This document shows, piece by piece, positions 56,170 to 64,000 of a DNA stretch of 64,000 bases. Positions within the stretch are counted from its first letter, which is position 1; every line of letters begins with the position of its first letter. The notes below the pieces were generated by a model. The model made no database searches, was not told where the DNA came from, and saw only the letters and a list, made by a program, of their open reading frames with translations. The DNA comes from Octopus vulgaris (Eukaryota): positions 8,990,001 to 9,054,000 of the forward strand of contig OX597825.1 in assembly GCA_951406725.2 (NCBI GenBank), written 5' to 3'. A program made the translations under genes and the position numbers.

Positions 56170-56233
<64 letters not shown>
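55916..56233. repeat. Higher-order microsatellite [(TAT)n(CAT)2CAC] x4
   Basis: CATCATCAC interruptions at ~55972, 56020, 56077 and 56161. Confidence 0.95.
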
Positions 56234-56237
<4 letters not shown>

Positions 56238-56318
56238 TCACTGCTTGGAATCGAACTCGGAATCTTGGAATTAATTGCCTGCGCCCTTAACCGTGCATAC
56301 GCCATACATATGCCCGTG

Positions 56319-56420
56319 GGTATATGATGAAGGTTGGAAGGTATATCAGCCGAAACGTTGTGTTAACAACAAACAAGATGAGGGCAAAAATACGTGAAAT
56401 TTAAATAATGTAAGTAATGC
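56319..56420 (+). mobile_element. Inverted second copy of the hammerhead-bearing tail
   Basis: ATGATGA A GGTTG GAAGGTATAT CAGCC GAAAC GTT GTGTT AACAACAAACAAGATGAGG is the reverse-complement homolog of 55100-55190. Confidence 0.85.
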
Positions 56421-56482
56421 TTTGTGTTTTCGTTTTCTTTTTCTTTCTCTTTTCCTTTCTTAATCAACATCTTTTTTTTAGT

Positions 56483-56898
56483 TTACTCTTTTACTCTCTT
56501 TTACTTGTTTCAGTCATTTGACTGCGGCCATGCTGGAGCACCGCCTTTAGTCGAGCAACCCGACCCCGGGACTTATTCTTTATAAGCCCAGTACTTATTT
56601 TATCGGTCTCTTTTGCCGAACCGCTAAGTGACGGGGACGTAAACACACCAGCATCGGTTGTCAAGCAATGCTAGGGGGACAAACACAGACACACAAACAT
56701 ATACACACACACTTATATATATATATACATATATACGACAGGCTTCTTTCAGTTTCCGTCTACCAAATCCACTCACAAGGCATTGGTCGGCCCGGGGCTA
56801 TAGCAGAAGACACTTGCCCAAGTTGCTACGCAATGGGACTGAACCCGGAACCACGTGGCTGGTAAGCAAGCTACTTACCACACAGCCACTCCTGCGCC
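56483..56898 (-). mobile_element. SINE family A, full length
   Basis: Close reverse complement of 50685-51089. Confidence 0.95.
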
Positions 56899-56949
56899 TA
56901 TCTTTATCATCTTTATCATAATTATTAAAATTATCACATACTACATTGG

Positions 56950-57400
56950 CAAGGACTTCTTCTTGGGGAAAAGTCACAAAATTCCTCCTCATATCTCGAG
57001 GTTTTGGCAATTTTCTGCAGGTCGACAACGTGAGTCACCGTTACATTATTCTTCAGTCTCTTTGATAGTATTATGAGTTTTATGCCAAATACGTTAATTA
57101 TCACAAGAAGAATTGTCATCTTAGTCTTCCACATTCTCTTCAGTTCATGGCAAGATCTTCATCTTTCTCAATTTTTCAATTTCATTGGTATTTATTCTGT
57201 CATCAATTGTTTATAGTGAAGTGTATGATCTTACACTTTCTTGTCCTCTGTAATCATATCTAATCTTCTCACTTGAATAGAATCGTCTGTATTGATGAGG
57301 AAGTTCTATAAATACATATAATTCCTATCTTCTTAACATGTTTCTGCTAGTATGAATCCATACACACACGGTTTACATTCCAATGCACTCGTTTACTCTT
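56950..57400 (-). mobile_element. Decayed R4/Dong-like RLE-endonuclease C-terminus
   Basis: FLINTDDSIQVRRLDMITEDKK (DF.IQTD..I..RRPDIV..DKK-like), MWKTKMTILLVIINVFG, LQKIA. Confidence 0.65.
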
Positions 57401-57528
57401 ACATTAAAGTCTGAGTTTAAGCTCTTTTTGTGCTAGCTTACTGCTATCGCTCAAATGTTGGTTTACCTCCACAGAAAGCTATACAATTCCTTTTCTACAG
57501 CACCGTTTAATAATATTCTGAATAATGG

Positions 57529-57893
57529 AAGCACTCCGTCGGTTACGACGATGAGGGTTCCGGTTAATCCGAATCAACGAAACAGCCTGCTCGTGAAATT
57601 AACGTGTAAGTGGCAGAGCACTCCACAGACACGTGCACCCTTAACGTAGTTCTCGGGGATATTCAGCGTGACACAGAGAGTGATAAGGCAGGTACAACAG
57701 AAACAGGAAGTAAGAGTGAGAGAAAGTTGTGGTGAAAGAGTACAGCAGAGATCACCACCATCCCCTGCCGGAGCCTCGTGGAGCTTTTAGGTGTTTTCGC
57801 TCAATAAACACTCACAACGCCCGGTCTGGGAATCGAAACCGCGATCCTATGACCGCGAGTCCGCTGCCCTAACCACTGGGCCATTGCGCCTCC
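57529..57893 (-). mobile_element. SINE family B, full length with 14-bp TSD
   Basis: ATTCTGAATAATGG at 57515-57528 and 57894-57907; intact A and B boxes. Confidence 0.96.
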
Positions 57894-59107
57894 ATTCTGA
57901 ATAATGGTAAGCATATAACGGGTTGAAAATTACTGATTTTCTCTCTCATTTTTGTCCATTAACATCCGCACTGTCTTTCCTCTTATTATCGATGTTGGAG
58001 TTCCTTTTTGTTTACAATGAGTAAAAAACGATTCGTCATGTTTGAGATATTTTTCAACTAGAATATGTTCTGTTGCCATTTCTGAATCATCTCACGATTT
58101 CTTATCGGTAATAATTATATTTTCTTGTCTCACTCCTTCTTCCATTTTTCTTTTACTTTTCCATAAAGAAAGCGCCGTTTCAAATTAAACTTCTTAGGGG
58201 AGGTGGATGGAGTCTACGAACGACTGTGTTGAAGGATTGATAAATTGTAGTCAATTGTATGTGTTTGTTTGTGAATCATTGCTAGGCAGTGTACACGGGT
58301 ATATTTTGGACTGCAATAAGCGTACAATATAATTTGACATGGTATAGTACCCTGGCTTCAAAGTTTATCGTGAAATGCTAAATTTTTATTGTAATAAATG
58401 TACGAACAAACACTTCATAAATATAACGAGAATATATCATGGTGCGACGTTAAGCGAGTTGCTCAATGAATTAAAGTAATTGAATCTTAGAGCGATAATC
58501 AATTTTTTAATTATATAATTGAAAGCAAATAGCTCATTAAAATATATTCATAAATATTATAAATGCTTCCTTGGTCAAGCATTGATTTTTCTATATGTAA
58601 ATATTTGTTTTTTATTTATGTACACCTTCAACTATATTTTTATGTGTAATTTCATTTCAGTCATTTTATATGTTTCGCTATAACATTATAGTTTCGAAGT
58701 TGATTTATTCTGCTTTACGAGAATATAGGTTACAACATTTTGATAAAGAGTTATTAGCTACAGTTGTAATAAATAATTATTAGCTACAATTACGAATTAT
58801 TTATATCTATTGTTATTTATAAATTTCAAATATAATTTCTTAATTCATATTTAAATTCCTGTTGTTTCAATCATTAGACTGCAACCATGCCAGGGTACTT
58901 CCCATGTGCAGGGGGTAACTATCGAAAATGCTTTTATCACCCCCACCTTCGAAATTACTCTTACTTTGTTCGTTTTAGCATGTAAGGTGTCCTTTTAGAG
59001 TCACCTCCTTTGTGTGTAAATGTACGTTAATTTTATATGAATAATATGTCTTCCATTGACTATTTTATGCACGCTAACCACTGGTACAAACTTTCTTTGA
59101 TTTTCTC

Positions 59108-59194
<87 letters not shown>

Positions 59195-59268
59195 TGTGTG
59201 TATGTATGTATACATATATATATGTTTGTGTGTATATATATATATATATATATGTTTGTGTGTGTATG

Positions 59269-59305
<37 letters not shown>

Positions 59306-59324
59306 TACACACACACATGCGGTG

Positions 59325-59478
59325 AGCTTATTTCAGTTGCCGTTCACCAAATCCATTTACAAGGCTGTAGTCGGGCCAATTCTATGGTACAAGACAGTTT
59401 CCGAAGTTGCCTTACAGTGAGACTAAACTCAGGATCATGTGGTTGATAGCAAGCTTTCACACACCAACGCTAGCGCTT
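59325..59478 (-). mobile_element. Decayed SINE family A 5' half (tail remnant near 58860-58897)
   Basis: TTTCAGTTGCCGTTCACCAAATCCATTTACAAGGCT..GTCGGGCC matches family A in reverse. Confidence 0.7.
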
Positions 59479-61567
59479 AAATTTAAATTCTTAAGTTCTT
59501 ATGTTAAACTCCAGTGTCATAAAAATTTGCGGTAGATATTTACACTGCAACAAAACATAAACTTATTCAGTTTTACAACGTAGCGAATGATCTCAGAGAG
59601 TTTGTGTGACTGTCTTCCAGTTTTTTAATTACCCCTTCATGGCAATGAAGCTTCTATGAAAACAATTTTCTTGATATCTCTGCTAGAGTCATCTATCCAC
59701 GGGTAGGTATCAGATACATGCGCACACATATGTGCACGATCCTCTTCACACACACAGGAGCCTATGCGCATACGCACGTGTGTCTACAAGCGTGCATGCG
59801 TTTGTGTGTGCATATACATATGTTTGTACGTAGGGGAAGATGAACAAACAAAATAAACTGACACTCAGCATATTTTTGTGGCTTTATAAATATTTGATAA
59901 GGCTTTGCCTAAACTCCATAATTCCTAAACCTTCTACAGCGCAACTGAATGACTCCAGCTGCTGATGTACAGCATCAGTGTCTGAGTTCGTTCCTCATGA
60001 AATGTAGACGCTATCTGCATTAAAGGAAGTTTGAGAAATGCGAATCTAAGCATTGGTTGTGATTACAGTTTTGTTTATTTCATTATATGTGCATGCGTGT
60101 ATGTGTGAGAATATTCATATACACATCCACGATCACATAAGCATAAACATCTACAATGAATATATGTATGTGAGATTATGAATGTGCGTGTGGGGTGCGC
60201 GCGCGTATGTATGTTTGTTTGTGTGTTTGTGAGGGAAGTAATACATAAGTCTATGTTAGACGAGAACTCAGTGTTGCTACGTAGGCGTTGAAAGATAAAA
60301 CATATCTATTCATCTTTTATAGATTATAAAATCAAATGACACCAGAATACAATGTTCAGTTCAGTGTTTGCTTTGATATGTAACAGGTTTTCCATGCCTT
60401 TAGTGTCGATCGAACATTTTAATAGCTTCATAATTTTTTCCCCTTTTATTATATTTACAGGGACCTGCTTCCATGACAGTTAATGGAAATTAATCTAAGA
60501 ATTTCCGTGATTTCACTCACTAGATGTAACAAAAAATATACGTTTTATTTGGATAAATTGAGAAAACGTACCCAGTGCGGAATAGAGCGGCGTCTATTAA
60601 CTTAAGCTAAACAAAGAAAAAAATTGCTGTATTATACTAAATCATGAAACAATATCGACAATATCTGCTAACGCTTATTAGCATAACTTTCAAATTCTAT
60701 TCTGTGATTGATGTGAATATCTTCTCTTAAAAAGTAAAACGAAAGCATATAAAAATGTTGTTTGTACGAACTCGCGCATATACGTCCACATGCACTTATG
60801 TTTAAAGCAAACCTCTTTTATTATAATACAAACGGCTAATTTTTAGGACACTCAGTGAAGCATCTAATCGATTACTAAATTACATGGGTTGCCTATGATA
60901 TAGGAAATATAGAAATTGCAAATGAAATACTTAAGTGATTTACATCTTTATTTTCTTTCTTTTCTCTTCATTTAAATATGACAGTGTTGTAAAGATTATT
61001 TTATATTAGCTTTAGTAAGACACTTGTGATGAGAGAATGGAGATTACTTCCATCACACTTCATCCTGTCTAAAGCTCACTCAGCTAATAGTTAATGCTTG
61101 TCACGTAGAGTTGAGGCCTTTATTGATAAATGTAATTTACATTTCGGAATATTTTTTATGTGATCAATTCTTCGTTTATTTATGTAATTATTTATTTGAT
61201 GCTATTTTAATGGCTGATTTTTTTTATCTGTCTCATTCAGATTATTAATGCTTGCACTTCACAAATCATGAATGCAAGAAATTCTTGTCAGTATTGAGAT
61301 ATTTGTGAAAATGTGCAAAATGTCTGCTTTTTGGAACTCATTTAAGAAGGATTATAAAATTTGTATGAAGGAAAAATAAAATTAAATTATTTCGGAAATA
61401 TGTTTGTCTTTTGTAGTTTGTTAATCGAATCTTTAACCTAAGCTCGTTTCTACGTTCGTCGTTGTGTGGAAATAACAACCTTTCTAATGACTTTTTTCCG
61501 TATGTACACGCATACACTCACCTACACACACTTGCACATAGGCGGCTGTTTGTATGTTTGTATCTTT

Positions 61568-61790
61568 GTATGTGGCTATATTTTCATACAACAGGACAAA
61601 CACAAATTAATGTACTAGTAGTAGTAGTAGTAGTATTGGTGTTGGTGGTGGTGGTGGTGTTAGTAGTAGTAGTTGATGTAGTAGTAGTCGATGTATGTGA
61701 CTATATTTTTATACAACAGGACAAACACAAATTAATTTAATAGTAGTAGCATTAGTAGTTGTGGTGGTGGTGGTGGTGGTGGTAGTAGTG

Positions 61791-61845
<55 letters not shown>

Positions 61846-61872
61846 AAGTAGTAGTAGTTTAGTAGTGGTAGT
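61568..61872 (+). repeat. Two-unit tandem: ~44-bp unique segment + (GTA/GTG)n
   Basis: TGTATGTGRCTATATTTTYATACAACAGGACAAACACAAATTAAT at 61568 and 61692. Confidence 0.92.
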
Positions 61873-62511
61873 CAATGTCGTTTTGTTCGTAGTTTACGAC
61901 GAAGCGTGTGTGTAAATAAAAGACAGTCGTTGAAGCGGGAGACTGCTTATAAATCTCTGGCGTCATACGTGCTATAAAAGGATTCCTACAGCAACTTGAT
62001 TCACGTTTCTTGCATATTCTTCCATCAGTCGCAGCCCATGTTGAACTTTCACTCTTTCCTAATTATTCCTCTATTAAACAGCTTCCAGGGTAAAATACAC
62101 ATTGTTGTTTTATGAATTTTTATTGAATCTCATTTAATATGTGCTTTTTACTTTAAATATATCGAGATTCATCTTATATAAATTTCTTCTTCCCAGTAAT
62201 TTACCTCTGTCCAGGTTTACCGCATTCGCGCGTTGAATTTTATCTTGGTTTCAAACACCACACTTTCTATGGAAACAAATTATATCCCCGACGTTGGGTT
62301 AATTATGTCTGCTTAATCTAACACCAGTTGAAACAGGATCTAAGGCAAACATATGAAATTTATTATTTTAATTTAGATCGGCATAGCGAGGTTTTTTGTG
62401 ATACTTCTAACCTCTCTTTATAATTTATGTTATTCGAATTCAAACGAATGCTAAAATATAGCTTCGAACTAAATCACATTGTAACCCTTAACCTTCACTT
62501 GCCTCGTATAA

Positions 62512-62552
<41 letters not shown>

Positions 62553-62585
62553 ACACGTAAATATATATATATATATTTGTATATG

Positions 62586-62644
<59 letters not shown>

Positions 62645-62790
62645 TTTGTGTGTGTGTATGTATGTATATCAAAAAATAAATATACGATAAAACATATACC
62701 GATCATTAAGTAATTATATATTGTGAAAGTTGATTTAGTATTACTAATTGAATTGTTGCCTGTAAGTTTGGAATAATATTCCCTAATATG

Positions 62791-62842
<52 letters not shown>

Positions 62843-62863
62843 GTGTGTGTGTGTATGTGTGTT

Positions 62864-63702
62864 TATTGGATCATCCGAGAAATAATGCGGTTTTTTCAAT
62901 AGCTTGAACTAAGAGTCGGATGGGAACGTAATAAACTACCTGCATCGACTTACTATAAAACAGGTAGTAATTTTACCTTGTCTTTATTCTTAGTGCAAGA
63001 TTGAAGAGTGCAGTTCGGTTTTAATAGTTATTTTTTTTTAAGTCATAATAGAAGTAACAAAGGATCGTCTTTGGCATATTTTGGTTTATGAGTTCAATAA
63101 AGGCAGCAAGTACCGGAAATATTAATGAAGTATACGGGGATCAGGCAATAAGCGTAAGTCCGTGTCAACGGTGGTTCCAGAAATTCCGAGCCGGAAACTA
63201 CAGACTAGTAGATGTGCTTCGTCCTGAAAGATCTGTATAACTCGATGGGGTGTCCTGCAAACCCCGGTGGAAGTACGAGAGGAACTACCAGAGAAGCTTG
63301 GATTTTGGTCATTCAACCATTGATCGACACCTGCGAGCCTTCAGAAAATGAACGTTTAGTTTGAAGATGAAAGGTGTTCTTCCATTAAGCTAATGCCGGA
63401 CACATACAGCGAGGATGACATTCCAAAGGCTGGAGTAGTTTGAATGCGAAAATGATGCCCAATGCAGTATATTCGCCGGACATTGCTCCATCTGATTATC
63501 ATTTATTCGACAGTCTTCAAAATCATTTGAACGGAAAAAATATAAATTCTGTAGACGTGGTCAGAACAGTATTGGAGGAATATTTTTTGTTACAAAGAGG
63601 TGAATTTTGGAATGGGTGCCTTGCAAGCCTACCAGAAAGATGAAAGACCAGTGTAGAATATGAAAGGGAGTATATTTTAGATTTAAAAAAAAACAACCAA
63701 TA
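62864..63702 (+). mobile_element. Internally deleted mariner (Mos1/Hsmar1-like) remnant
   Basis: Left TIR TATTGGATCATCCGAGAAATAATGCGGTTTT; N-terminal HILVYEFNKG..INEVYGD..CQRWFQKFRAGN; C-terminal YSPDIAPSDYHLFDSLQNHLNGK; right end CAACCAATA. Confidence 0.92.
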
Positions 63703-64000
63703 TATATCACAAGCACAAACACTCTCTTTGACACACACACACACACACATAAGTGCATATATATATACATATACACATGCACATGTTCATACACCATATT
63801 TCTTGTTTCTACTTTCATAAGGATCCCTTACCATCCAACGACTAGCATTAACACCTGCAAATTAATTATGAATATCTAGTTTTCAGTAATATGAACTTGC
63901 ATCAAAGCAATTTGTAATTAATGTTAACGTATTTAATATAATAATTCTAAAAATGTCAATCCAATATAATTAGGCAGCGTGGATGAGGCAACATTAGCTC

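Larger units (their letters stand above)
55070..56320 (-). mobile_element. Composite SINE: tRNA-like head (56234-56320) + (AAT)n + 3' tail with hammerhead motif (55070-55245), interrupted by a nested element
   Basis: Minus-strand head TGGCGTATGCACGGTTAAGGGCGC...GAGTTCGATTCC (A-like box and B box) runs directly into (AAT)n. The tail resumes on the same strand after the tract. Confidence 0.75.

Overview
AT-rich, microsatellite-dense eukaryotic non-coding DNA (intronic or intergenic). The SINE families look like those I recall from octopus genomes (coleoid cephalopod); this is inference from repeat recognition, not a database result. I can support no intact host protein-coding exon: nearly all ORFs in the track are microsatellite or SINE read-throughs. 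Contents: three tRNA-derived SINE families in multiple copies; several decayed R4/Dong-like non-LTR retrotransposon fragments; Tc1/mariner remnants, two of them fold-back derivatives; a hAT-like MITE; and a 28S rRNA fragment fused to a SINE. The most notable signal is a set of minimal type I hammerhead ribozyme motifs of the Penelope-like-element (PLE) kind in several apparently unrelated repeats. One sits in a composite element (55.07-56.42 kb): tRNA/Pol III head + (AAT)n + hammerhead-bearing tail, with an inverted second tail copy at its 5' end and a 535-bp element nested in its (AAT)n tract. Coordinates were read by eye and may be off by a few bases.
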